NCBI GenBank assembly: GCA_025350815.1
Contig: JANXXE010000193.1
Location: forward strand, 1,671 to 65,670
Length of the DNA: 64,000 nucleotides
DNA from: Myxococcales bacterium
GTDB taxonomy: Bacteria > Myxococcota_A > Polyangia > Fen-1088
Direction: 5' to 3'
The notes beneath the pieces are model-generated. The model saw nothing but the letters and a program-made list of their open reading frames with translations. It did not search any database and was not told the DNA's origin. Position numbers and translations under genes: made by a program. Shown here piece by piece: positions 1 to 8,704 of the stretch (positions within the stretch are counted from its first letter, which is position 1; the number at the start of each line of letters is the position of its first letter).

Positions 1-3000
1 GTCGGACGACAGTCGTCCCGGGGCGCGCCGGGAGAACCTCCTCAGACACTCCGGCGGCCGACGGATGCACGAGGGGGCCGTAGATGCCGCGGTCCCAGTC
101 GCCGCCCGTGTCCACGAAGTGACTGACGAGAAGCGGAGCGCGTCCCGAATCCCAGCGAACGCTGGCAGTCACACAGACCTGGCGATTTCCACCGGCGTCG
201 AGGGCAGCGCTGGTAACGTCGATGTCTGGCGACTCGCCGCCGTTGCCAACTGCTTGCAGCGACAGATTTCCCATCGGCATGGGCACGGGAGCTGGCTCCC
301 CGCGCAAAACCGGCGCCGCAGGGGGTACTACGGCGACCGCTGGGTCTCTTTGGAAAATGCCTCGCCAGCCGTGCTCCAGCGCGGGAGCTACCGGGGGCGA
401 GAAGTCCGTCTGATAGGGCATGGCGCGACCGGCGGCGACCGCCGGGTCTTGGTAGTTTGCAGGGCAGTCTCCTCGCGTCACGCTGACCGAAGCCACCTTC
501 GCCATTCCCGGGGACAAAGGCATCGGCTCGTTCGCTGCGCCCAGCCGCACCGACAAAGAGACCGCGCCGGCCGGGACTTCAACAACTGTTTGAACGTTCT
601 GCCACGCCCCGTCCTGGGTCGAGCGAATCTCGGTCGGGGGCACCTCCTGGGCAACGCCACCTGACGAGTTGAAGATCGTCGCGGACATGGTCGGACGAAG
701 CGATCCAGCACGAGCCCGGAATGCCAGGCAGTAGGAGTCCGGGACGGCGAATATGCGCGGCGACGTGACGACCGCCGCCGTTGATTGAAGGTCGAGAACG
801 TGGTCCTCGGTTCCGTCCACCGACAGGACCGGTTGCTGGCCCGATGCATCCGTCCACGCCTTCACCAGCCCGTCCCAGTCCTCCCAGAAGGGCGCGCCGC
901 ACTGCTTGGTGACAGGGTTGCAGCCGTCATCGGTGCACGAGTTCATCGCGGCCGGAATCACCGAGCATTCCCCGGTGCTCGCTTCGCACTTGGCCGTCTC
1001 GCACTGACTTTGGGTAAGGCACCTTGTGGCGGCGTCCGCGCACAAGTCTGGGCACGCCCCCGCTGTTACCTTTACATCATCAAAATACGCTTCGTTGGTC
1101 CCGGGCTTGCCAGAGCCATTCCACAGCTCTGTCGTCAGCCTCATCTTCGTCCCGCTGGCGGGGACGGTGAAGGTCTTTTTATACTGATGCCAGCCGACCG
1201 CGTTGGAAGGTATCGGGGTGCCGTACGCTGCTGTGCCCATCCACCATTGCACCCCCGTCAGGGTACTGCCGGCCACGTCAAAAACTTCGTATCCAACGAA
1301 CGGTTGGCCACCACCCACCCACTTCACCCGGGCACTGCCGCAGTATTGTCCCGGCGCAATCGCAAATTTCGGCGAGAAGTAGTCCCCGCCCCCGGTCACC
1401 CGCGTGATCTTGTGAACCGTCGGTCCGGCGGGCGCCGTGGCGTCCTGCGCCTCGGGCGCGCCCTCGCGGGCGGGTGACAGCCAGCCATTGATCGGGCCGT
1501 CCCAATCCTCGGTGAAATACGTCGCGACCGAATTGTCAGCGTTATACGTCTTGAAGTCGCACGCACCCCGGGTCAAGGCGGTGTCGTCCATGTACGTGGC
1601 ACCGGGGTTGGGAAGGAAGTTCGGGACCAGGCCGTAGGCAAGGCCGAAGATAGAACCGTCCAGTGTCTGCACCGTCCACCGGACCGCCGGCGTCCCGGCC
1701 GGGATCTGCACGGTCTGCCGCAACGTCTTCCAGTCGTGCGTCGCCATTGGGTACTGAATTGCCCCCAAGGCCGAAGGGTCCGTATTGGGGTATGTCAGGT
1801 AGACGTAGTTCTCGAAGCCTCCGCCAGCGTTGTAGCGGTACAAGCTCAGCAAGGGCACGGGGCCGCCCGCGTATTTGATCCGGGTGCTGGCACAATATTC
1901 GCCTGGCTCGACGGCGATGAACGGCGACACATGGCTTTCCGGAGCCCCGGACATCTTCAGGACCTTGCCAGCGGTCGGGCCCGGAAGGCTGGGATCGTCG
2001 ACGACAACGGGCGAATTGGTCCAGCCGAGTGGACCGTCCCAGGATTGGGAATACGGGCCCACGCACGCGTTGGCGACGGAAATCGTCTTGTCGCAGCTCA
2101 GGGGCGGATCACCATTGAAAATCAGAGTGTCCGTCCCCTTGCCCGCGAAATAGGGTCGACTGGCGCCAGCGGCGTCGTAATCAAAGTCGACCTGACAGGC
2201 GCGACTGACGCGAAACCCGTATTTCACCTCACTGCCTGCGGGGCGAATCGTCAGGTAGTTGGTGGGCAGGATGCGGAAATCCTTCACGGCCGCGACCGGA
2301 AAGATCACGCCTTCCCGCTGGGGCAGGTTGCCCACGACGAAGCCCACGTCGACCAGTGCGCGCGCGTCCACCTTGATGGCACAGCCGGCCATGTCGATCA
2401 CGTCGACGCGGGCGCTGCCCGCTGACGCGCGCGTGGTCACCCCGCCCGTACCGGGGAGCATTCCCACATCGCCGCTGCGGCTGACCGAGAACCAGGTGTC
2501 CACGCCTTCATAGCCCGTCCCGCGCAGACCAAAGTTCCCGCCCGCTGGCAACGACACGACCCGCGTCGCGCCCGGCGCCACGCCCAGGTCCCCCCATAGA
2601 TTCGTGACCGCGACCCAGTCTGTCGCCAGTTGCGCACCGGCGATCAGCGTGACGGGGAAGCCCACGACACGGATGGTCGGCGCCGCCCCGGACACGCCCG
2701 GCGTGATGACCACGGGTGCGCGCCTTCCCTGCGCCTTGTCCTCGGCTTCGCCGTCGTAGGTCAGCGTTCCGTCCAGCTTGACCCGCCAGGTGTACGGCGC
2801 ATTCACGTACGGGCCCGCCATGAAATTGTAGTAGTCAGGCGGCAGGCGCAGGGTCATGTCCTTCGGCAAGACCGCCGCCCAGTTCTCATGACCCTTGATC
2901 GATCCCGCCAGTCCCACCGAGATCCCTGGAAGATCTGTCAACTGGCTGGCGTCAATGCGAACCGGGTGACCCGATATCACCAGGTTCTTTCCACCCTGGC

Positions 3001-4789
3001 CCTGAATCATCGACGCCGGGTAGCCGCTGTCGTAAGCGAAGTTCCCGTCATCGGTGACCGTGACGACGATGTCCGTCACCTTCCCTGAATTGATCTGAAG
3101 CTGGTACTGGCCGGGGTCCATGCTGCCCGCCCAGACCTTGGTGTTGTCGACAACGGCAACCGGGGTCGGGCCGCCTAGCAGCGAGTAGGACGTCACGCTC
3201 ATCTGCGTGCCGTCAATGGTCAGCTTCAGCACCGCGCTGGTCGCCGTGGCCACATTGGAATAGGCGGAAGGCCCGGCCACATTTGTGGCGCGGACCCGGT
3301 AGTCATAGACCTTGTTCAGGGACAGCCCGCTGCCATCGATGAAGCTGACGGTCCCGGCGGGCACCGTCGCCAACGCCGCGAAGACGACCTTGTCCGCGGA
3401 CCGTTCAATTTCGAATCCGCTTTCATTGATGGACGTATCTGTCCACGTCAGTTTGATGCGGGCCCCCGAGATCCCCGTGGCAACCAGGCCCGTGGGGGCG
3501 GCCGGGATACCTTCCTTTTCGCCCAGCAGTTCCAGCCCAAAGGTCAGGTCGGAACTGGTGGCAACCGATTGATGCACCTCCACCGCCAGGACGTTGGACT
3601 GGTTTGTCCCCGTCAGCAGTTTCGATGGCGAGACCGACACCGTCTCGAACGTCGCTTCGGGGATCCCATCCGCGATTGTGGCCGTCGCCAAAGTCGTCGA
3701 TGCGACCGTACCGGCGGGCATGTTGCTGCGGTGAATCTCGACACCGTTCAGGTACACCACGGCGCCATCGTCGCGCTGCAGCCGCAGCAGCAGGTTCTTG
3801 TAGATGGCGGGATTGGCCACGGTGAACGCGCGGCGAAAATACGTCGTCAGAAATTTCGTATTGGCGTTGGGACCGAAACTCACCACCGTGGCCTCGTCGC
3901 CGTCCCCGTACCCAAGCTGCGCCAGCCCGGTCTTCCAGGTCGTGTCCGCGAATACCGTCGCCTTCCAGCCGGCCGCCGGGGGCACCCCTGTGTCCAGGTA
4001 CTTCCAGTTGCCCGCCACGGGGGCCAACGTGTCAATCGCCAGCCCCGCGTTTTCGACCGTGCCCGTCAGTTCCAGGTCGAATGACACGTCCGAACTGGAC
4101 GCGTTGACCTGGTGTATCTCGACCGCCACGACGTTGTTGCCCGTTACCAGCAGCGCCGGATCCAGCGCCGCCACCGCCGACCACGTCGTTTCCGCCAACC
4201 CATCGATCGTTGTGGACGCCAGGGTCGTGCCGGCGATCGTCCCCGTGGGAAGGTTGCTTCGGTTTACCTCGACGCCGTTCAAATACACCACCGCGCCGTC
4301 GTCCCGAATCAGCCGCAACGACAGGCTTTTCACCGCAGCGGCATTCGTTACGGTGAAGGTCCTACGAAAATAGCTGGTGATGAACTTGGCCGTGGATGCG
4401 GCCGGACACACGGACGCCGTCGTGCAGCGAATCTTGGTGGCCTCGTCTCCGTCGCCGTATCCAAGCTGGGCGGGGCCTTCTGCCCACGCTGCGTCCGCAA
4501 ACGACAGCTTTCTCCAGTCCGCGGTCGAAATCGAAGCGTCGTCCTTGTACCGCCAGCGCGTGGCGCTTCCGGGCGCCACAAACGTCGTCCCCACCACCAG
4601 GGCCTGCCGCACTTCGGCAACGGCCGGCGGCGGCGACTCGGGATCCCTGGGCCCACAGCCCAGAAATCCCGGAACCAGGGCCAGAACCCCAAAAAACAAG
4701 GTCTGACGGGCGTTTCTGGGCCCATGGGTGACCGACGATGGGGGCAGCGGAGGCGCGTCTTGGACAGCCGGGAACCTTGTTCTTGCCAT
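1..4789 (-). CDS. Large secreted multidomain lipoprotein (C-terminus beyond the left edge): two tandem galactose-binding-like sandwich modules, an FN3 domain and several CBM4/9-like modules
   Basis: Absent from the ORF track because its stop lies left of position 1. Hand translation of the reverse strand from the ATG (cat at 4787-4789) gives MARTRFPAVQ...TLFFGVLALVPGFLGCGP, with lipobox L-G-C. Two tandem ~170-aa modules follow (about 4555-4060 and 4050-3535). Each has W-[RK]-Y-x-D, GxAQLGYGDGDE, LRLxRDDGAVVYLNGVExxRSNxPxG and AVExHQ...SSDxxF. An FN3 domain sits at ~3525-3290 (PAAPTGLVATGISGARIKLTWTDTSINESGFEIERS...VYDYRVRA). Further sandwich modules follow, e.g. DFKTYNADNSVATYFTEDWDGPINGWLSPAREG at ~1450-1560. 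The frame stays open to position 1. Confidence 0.8.
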   Translation of the reverse strand, partial: MARTRFPAVQDAPPLPPSSVTHGPRNARQTLFFGVLALVPGFLGCGPRDPESPPPAVAEVRQALVVGTTFVAPGSATRWRYKDDASISTADWRKLSFADAAWAEGPAQLGYGDGDEATKIRCTTASVCPAASTAKFITSYFRRTFTVTNAAAVKSLSLRLIRDDGAVVYLNGVEVNRSNLPTGTIAGTTLASTTIDGLAETTWSAVAALDPALLVTGNNVVAVEIHQVNASSSDVSFDLELTGTVENAGLAIDTLAPVAGNWKYLDTGVPPAAGWKATVFADTTWKTGLAQLGYGDGDEATVVSFGPNANTKFLTTYFRRAFTVANPAIYKNLLLRLQRDDGAVVYLNGVEIHRSNMPAGTVASTTLATATIADGIPEATFETVSVSPSKLLTGTNQSNVLAVEVHQSVATSSDLTFGLELLGEKEGIPAAPTGLVATGISGARIKLTWTDTSINESGFEIERSADKVVFAALATVPAGTVSFIDGSGLSLNKVYDYRVRATNVAGPSAYSNVATATSAVLKLTIDGTQMSVTSYSLLGGPTPVAVVDNTKVWAGSMDPGQYQLQINSGKVTDIVVTVTDDGNFAYDSGYPASMIQGQGGKNLVISGHPVRIDASQLTDLPGISVGLAGSIKGHENWAAVLPKDMTLRLPPDYYNFMAGPYVNAPYTWRVKLDGTLTYDGEAEDKAQGRRAPVVITPGVSGAAPTIRVVGFPVTLIAGAQLATDWVAVTNLWGDLGVAPGATRVVSLPAGGNFGLRGTGYEGVDTWFSVSRSGDVGMLPGTGGVTTRASAGSARVDVIDMAGCAIKVDARALVDVGFVVGNLPQREGVIFPVAAVKDFRILPTNYLTIRPAGSEVKYGFRVSRACQVDFDYDAAGASRPYFAGKGTDTLIFNGDPPLSCDKTISVANACVGPYSQSWDGPLGWTNSPVVVDDPSLPGPTAGKVLKMSGAPESHVSPFIAVEPGEYCASTRIKYAGGPVPLLSLYRYNAGGGFENYVYLTYPNTDPSALGAIQYPMATHDWKTLRQTVQIPAGTPAVRWTVQTLDGSIFGLAYGLVPNFLPNPGATYMDDTALTRGACDFKTYNADNSVATYFTEDWDGPINGWLSPAREGAPEAQDATAPAGPTVHKITRVTGGGDYFSPKFAIAPGQYCGSARVKWVGGGQPFVGYEVFDVAGSTLTGVQWWMGTAAYGTPIPSNAVGWHQYKKTFTVPASGTKMRLTTELWNGSGKPGTNEAYFDDVKVTAGACPDLCADAATRCLTQSQCETAKCEASTGECSVIPAAMNSCTDDGCNPVTKQCGAPFWEDWDGLVKAWTDASGQQPVLSVDGTEDHVLDLQSTAAVVTSPRIFAVPDSYCLAFRARAGSLRPTMSATIFNSSGGVAQEVPPTEIRSTQDGAWQNVQTVVEVPAGAVSLSVRLGAANEPMPLSPGMAKVASVSVTRGDCPANYQDPAVAAGRAMPYQTDFSPPVAPALEHGWRGIFQRDPAVAVVPPAAPVLRGEPAPVPMPMGNLSLQAVGNGGESPDIDVTSAALDAGGNRQVCVTASVRWDSGRAPLLVSHFVDTGGDWDRGIYGPLVHPSAAGVSEEVLPARPGTTVVR

Positions 4790-4955
4790 GTTCTTTGATC
4801 AGACGACTGCACCCTGACGATTTGTCGCAAAAAATCTTCCGCTGCGACGGGCGGCCGGGCAGCCAGCGGCCGCACGGCTTGACCATCCCCCCCCGTGATT
4901 CCCTTCCGGAACGCTGGGTGCGGGGCCGCTTCCTTGATAGGTTCAGCAACTTCCG

Positions 4956-5858
4956 TTGAGACCGTCACCGCCAAACCGCCGCGCCCCTGGTGTCTCCCTG
5001 GCACTGGGGATTGCCATGACCCTGGGGCCCGCGGGGGGCGTACGGGCCACCCAGGCCCCGGCCGTCCCCGCCGAGGCGGTCGCAACGGTGCCCCAGACGG
5101 GCCCGGTGACCGAGGAGGCCCTGCGGGCCTACGATCAGGGACACACCCACTACGACCTGGGCGAGTACCAGGCGGCGATCGAGCACTTTCGCCACGCCTA
5201 CGAGCTGTCCCGCGCCCCCGCCCTGCTGTTCAACATCGCCCAGGCGCATCGGATGAACAAGGACTGCCCGCGCGCCCTGGACACCTACCGGACCTTCCTT
5301 CGCCTGACGGCCGACGAGACGCTGCGCCAGGAGGGTGAGGAACACGTGCGGCGACTGTCCATAGAATGTGGCAGCGCCGCGATCCCGGCGCCCGCGCCGA
5401 CCATCCCCACGGTGGCACCGGTCCCGGCGCCCCGGCAGATCCCCCCGACGGCGCCAGTCCTGTCCGGCCCCACCGTGGTGTTATCCGCCCCACCCGCGCC
5501 CCGATCGCAGCGGGCCACCGACGGCGTGGTCGGCCTGGCCATCGGCGGCGCCGCGCTGGTCGGAGCGGGCGTCCTTTATGTGTGGAACGGTCGGCGCTAC
5601 GAGCACTGGCGATCGGAGGACAACGCCCTGACGACGGTCGACGCCACCGGTGATCGCCAGAGCCAGGTCGACCGGCGTCAGGCCAACGACGATCGCTGGC
5701 GATCCGTGCAGCGTCTGGATCGGGTCACGGTCGGGCTGGCCCTGGGCGCCGCGGCCTCCCTGGTGACGGGCGGGGCCCTGCTTTATCTGGGCCGGCCGGC
5801 GGCGGGAGCCCGGCTGCGGGTGGCGGGCACCGGCCTGCTGCTGGAGAGCCGCTTCTAG
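4956..5858 (+). CDS. TPR-like repeat protein with two C-terminal TM helices
   Basis: ORF track 300 aa (TTG start at 4956; alternative ATG at 5016). EEALRAYDQGHTHYDLGEYQAAIEHFRHAYELSRAPALLFNIAQAHRMNKDCPRALDTYRTFL reads as TPR-type helical hairpins. A Pro-rich linker follows, then two hydrophobic helices (GLAIGGAALVGAGVLYVW and VGLALGAAASLVTGGALLYL). Confidence 0.65.
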   Translation: MRPSPPNRRAPGVSLALGIAMTLGPAGGVRATQAPAVPAEAVATVPQTGPVTEEALRAYDQGHTHYDLGEYQAAIEHFRHAYELSRAPALLFNIAQAHRMNKDCPRALDTYRTFLRLTADETLRQEGEEHVRRLSIECGSAAIPAPAPTIPTVAPVPAPRQIPPTAPVLSGPTVVLSAPPAPRSQRATDGVVGLAIGGAALVGAGVLYVWNGRRYEHWRSEDNALTTVDATGDRQSQVDRRQANDDRWRSVQRLDRVTVGLALGAAASLVTGGALLYLGRPAAGARLRVAGTGLLLESRF

Positions 5859-5868
5859 CGGTGGTCAG

Positions 5869-7752
5869 CTAGAAAGGCAGCCTGGCAGCGGGCCGCAACG
5901 CCGGGGTCCGGCGCTTCATGGATCGGCACGTCCCCGCATCCAGGAACACCAGCGCGGTCGTGGAGACGCGGCCGGGCATGCCCCAGCCGGCGGCGTCGCT
6001 GAAGATGTCGAAGGTCTTCCAGCCAGTGAAGGCGGACGTTCCGTCGGACAGCCCACAGCGCACGCCCGTGGGGCCCCGCCCGCAAACGTCATCCTTGCCG
6101 TCGCCATCCATGTCCAGGAACTGGATACTGCCGGCCAGTCTGACCACCTTCCAGCCGCCGGCGTCGGTGAACTCCGGGGCCCAGCGGGTGGGGGTGGCGA
6201 AGGCCTTGCCGGTCGACAGCCCGCACCACAGACCGTCGACGCCGCGTCCACACACGTCCTGCTTGCCGTCGCCGTTCAGATCCGGGTACTGGATGGTCAG
6301 GAAGTGGCTGCCGTCGTTGGCCCAGGGCGTGGCCCCGCCGTCCGCGAACGCCGGCGCCCAGGGCAGGATCGGGCCGAACCCGTCCTTGCCGTTGGACAGG
6401 CCACACAGCAGGCCCTTGGTCCCCAGACCGCAGATGTCGGCCTTGCCGTCCCCATCCAGATCAGGAAACTGGATGGTCTCCCAGCGACCCGACTGATCGA
6501 AGCCTGCCGCGTCGGAAAAGGCCTTGCCGGCGTCCCACGATCCGAACAGCGGAAAGGTGACTCCGTCGGACAGCCCGCAGACGATCCCCTGGGGACCGCG
6601 CGCGCAGTGGTCGGCCCGGCCGTCGCCGTCGACGTCCGGAAACTGCAGGGTGGCCCAGTAGGACGGCGCCACATTGAACCCTGCCGCGTCGGAGGTACCC
6701 TCGACAAAGGCCCCGGTGTAGCTACCGAAATTGCGGCCCTGCGACAACGCGCAGATCGTCCCGGTCCCGGCGCGTCCGCAGACATCCGCCTTGCCGTCGC
6801 CGTCGATGTCGGGAAACTGCACCGACCCCCAGCCGGAGCGGGTGGAGCCCCACCCCTGCTCGTCGGCAAAGATGGTGTACAGCTGGGCAGCCCCCACCTC
6901 GAAGGAGGTGCCACCCTTTCCGTAGGTACAGGCCGGGCCATAGATGCTGCGCACGCAGACATCAATCTGCCCGTCGCCGTCGGCGTCCACATACTGGATG
7001 CCCGAGTAAAACTTCGCGTCGGAAAAGCCGTTTAGATCGGAGAAGGCGGGCGAGACGAACACGGTCGGCGATCCCAGATTCCCCGCGGCGTCGGCGCGCG
7101 CGCACGAGATCCCCGACGCGCCCCGCATGCACAGCGCGGGCACCGCCAGCTTGCATGCGGCGCACGCGGCGCCTTCCACCTTGAACCCGCTGTTGCAGGT
7201 CGGGGCCGTGCACGCGCGCGCCACGCACATCGAGGCGCCATTGGCCACCGCGCAGCTGCGGCCGCACAAGCCGCAACTGGCGCTGGCGTCCAGCGAGGCC
7301 TCGCAGCCGTCCTGGGGATTGGCGCTGCAGTGGGCAAATCCGGGCTTGCACCCGGCGGGGGGAACCACACAGCGGCCCTCCACGCAGGTCACCGCCGCGC
7401 CAGGGGCGACGTTGGCCAGGGCGGCGCAGTCGTTGCCGCAGCGGCCGCAGTTGGCGGGATCTTCGGGGCTGCCACACGGTCGCTCGGCCGGGACCAGGGC
7501 GTCGACTGGGCCATCGGGCGGGACTGCGCCGTCCGGCGGCGCCGGCTCAAGCACACAAAGTCCATCCTGACACCGGTAGAACGTCGGGCAGGCATTGGCG
7601 CAAGGAGCCCCCTGTCCCGTGAGGTAGCCCTGGCGACAGCCAGCGAACAGCGCGCACAGGGCCAGCAGGGCAGCCACGCCGGGCCGGCGATCTGGGCCGA
7701 GAAATGTGGAACTACGTGATTGCATGAAGAACACTACGGGCAACCGGGGCAC
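5869..7752 (-). CDS. Cys-rich (Stig1-like modules) FG-GAP/VCBS-like beta-propeller lipoprotein, small paralog
   Basis: ORF track 627 aa from GTG at 7752; the more likely start is ATG at 7725 (MQSRSSTFLGPDRRPGVAALLALCALFAGC, lipobox A-G-C). The N-terminal third has CG-x-CG-x2-C modules (PANCGRCGNDC, SCGLCGRSC). Six repeats of the form IQFPD[IVL][11 protein letters not shown]...G[IL]xCxLSxGxxF follow, plus a degenerate seventh (LVFLDAGTCR). The protein ends ...RPAARLPF. Confidence 0.85.
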   Translation of the reverse strand: MPRLPVVFFMQSRSSTFLGPDRRPGVAALLALCALFAGCRQGYLTGQGAPCANACPTFYRCQDGLCVLEPAPPDGAVPPDGPVDALVPAERPCGSPEDPANCGRCGNDCAALANVAPGAAVTCVEGRCVVPPAGCKPGFAHCSANPQDGCEASLDASASCGLCGRSCAVANGASMCVARACTAPTCNSGFKVEGAACAACKLAVPALCMRGASGISCARADAAGNLGSPTVFVSPAFSDLNGFSDAKFYSGIQYVDADGDGQIDVCVRSIYGPACTYGKGGTSFEVGAAQLYTIFADEQGWGSTRSGWGSVQFPDIDGDGKADVCGRAGTGTICALSQGRNFGSYTGAFVEGTSDAAGFNVAPSYWATLQFPDVDGDGRADHCARGPQGIVCGLSDGVTFPLFGSWDAGKAFSDAAGFDQSGRWETIQFPDLDGDGKADICGLGTKGLLCGLSNGKDGFGPILPWAPAFADGGATPWANDGSHFLTIQYPDLNGDGKQDVCGRGVDGLWCGLSTGKAFATPTRWAPEFTDAGGWKVVRLAGSIQFLDMDGDGKDDVCGRGPTGVRCGLSDGTSAFTGWKTFDIFSDAAGWGMPGRVSTTALVFLDAGTCRSMKRRTPALRPAARLPF

Positions 7753-7853
7753 GGCCCCGCGACAATCCGAAACAGGGACGGTCCCCCTGGCTTTTGCCCT
7801 CTCCTCTTAAGACCGGCCCTGACCAAACTGTCGCGGCGAAACCCGATTTGTTG

Positions 7854-8669
7854 TCAGCCTTTCTTATCATCCTTGAGTACCCTGTCGATCGAGACGGCCA
7901 GATCCCCGCGCACCAGACGCACCAGGCTGCGAAACTCGGACGGTGAGGGCTTGCGCCCCAGCGACAGCCGCTCGCGCACCCGATCGAAGACCTGCTCGCG
8001 CAGCACCACCAGCCAGCGCGCCGCCGTCGCCCGGTGGACGTGGTACAGGCCGCCGATGGCGTCGATGCCCAGGCCGTCGACGAAGTGCAGCCGCAGGATG
8101 GTCTTGTCGTGGGCGTCCAGCCCGGACAGCACGTCCTCCAGCGCCGACTGGAAGACCGGGCGCATGCCCTCCTTGTCCAGCAGCAGATCGGGGTCGGCGC
8201 CCAAAGCTTGCAGGCTGGCCAGAGCTTCGTCGTCATCGGCGGCGGGTGCCCGGTGCGCCTGGCTCAGGTCCAGCGCCATGCGCACCGCCACCACCCGCAC
8301 CCACGCGTCCAGCGGAGCATCGCCCGCGAACGTCGCCAGCCCGGGATAGGCCCCCGTCAACAGCTTGATGCGCAACCCCTGCCGGAGATCGTCCAGCTCC
8401 GTGACGCCGAGATTGAACCGACGAACATGCAGGCGCACGCGGCCGAGAAAAATCTCCTCGAACACAGCGATGGCGCCGGGCAGCCCCTCGAGACAAGCGG
8501 CGGCCAGGTAGATCTCGTGGCCGCGGGCATCCAGCCCCCGGGCACTGACCGTCATGGCCGCCACGCGCGCCCCGAACCGGTCAAACGGCAGGCTGACGGT
8601 GGGATACGCCGCGGCGCCGGCCGTGGCCGCGGCCTGAAGTGCGCCCTCGTCGGGTGTCGTGGGTCCCAT
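7854..8669 (-). CDS. ECF-type sigma-70 family RNA polymerase sigma factor (kinase-associated class)
   Basis: ORF track 7854..8939. The Arg-rich first 90 aa look spurious, so I start at ATG 8669 (MGPTTPDEGAL...). IYLAAACLEGLPGAIAVFEEIF and LDAWVRVVAVRMALD fit region 2-like helices. DKTILRLHFVDGLGIDAIGGLYHVHRATAARWLVVLREQV fits a region 4 helix-turn-helix. It is divergent from a Ser/Thr kinase 35 bp away. Confidence 0.8.
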   Translation of the reverse strand: MGPTTPDEGALQAAATAGAAAYPTVSLPFDRFGARVAAMTVSARGLDARGHEIYLAAACLEGLPGAIAVFEEIFLGRVRLHVRRFNLGVTELDDLRQGLRIKLLTGAYPGLATFAGDAPLDAWVRVVAVRMALDLSQAHRAPAADDDEALASLQALGADPDLLLDKEGMRPVFQSALEDVLSGLDAHDKTILRLHFVDGLGIDAIGGLYHVHRATAARWLVVLREQVFDRVRERLSLGRKPSPSEFRSLVRLVRGDLAVSIDRVLKDDKKG

Positions 8670-8704
8670 GGAAAACGGATGATAGTGTACTCCGCCTCGC
8701 TGCA
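8670..8704. promoter_or_regulatory. 35-bp divergent spacer between the sigma and kinase genes (relatively AT-rich: gaaaacggatgatagtgtactcc)
   Basis: This is the only non-coding DNA between the two divergent starts (8669 minus, 8705 plus). The promoters must therefore overlap each other or extend into the coding regions. No specific boxes identified. Confidence 0.3.

Noticed and set aside
5855-5872. Inverted repeat CTAGC-N8-GCTAG spanning the two convergent stop codons (TPR gene and small FG-GAP gene)
   Set aside because: The stem is only 5 bp and there is no U-tract. The repeat may simply arise from the two TAG stop codons facing each other.
7745-7785. GC-rich hairpin CGGGGC-ACG-GCCCCG (7745-7759) and palindrome GGGAC-G-GTCCC (7775-7785) in the spacer between the sigma and lipoprotein genes
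   Set aside because: Such short GC palindromes occur by chance in ~70% GC DNA. I could not identify an ECF-type -35/-10 pair around them, so I note them only as places to look if transcription starts are mapped.
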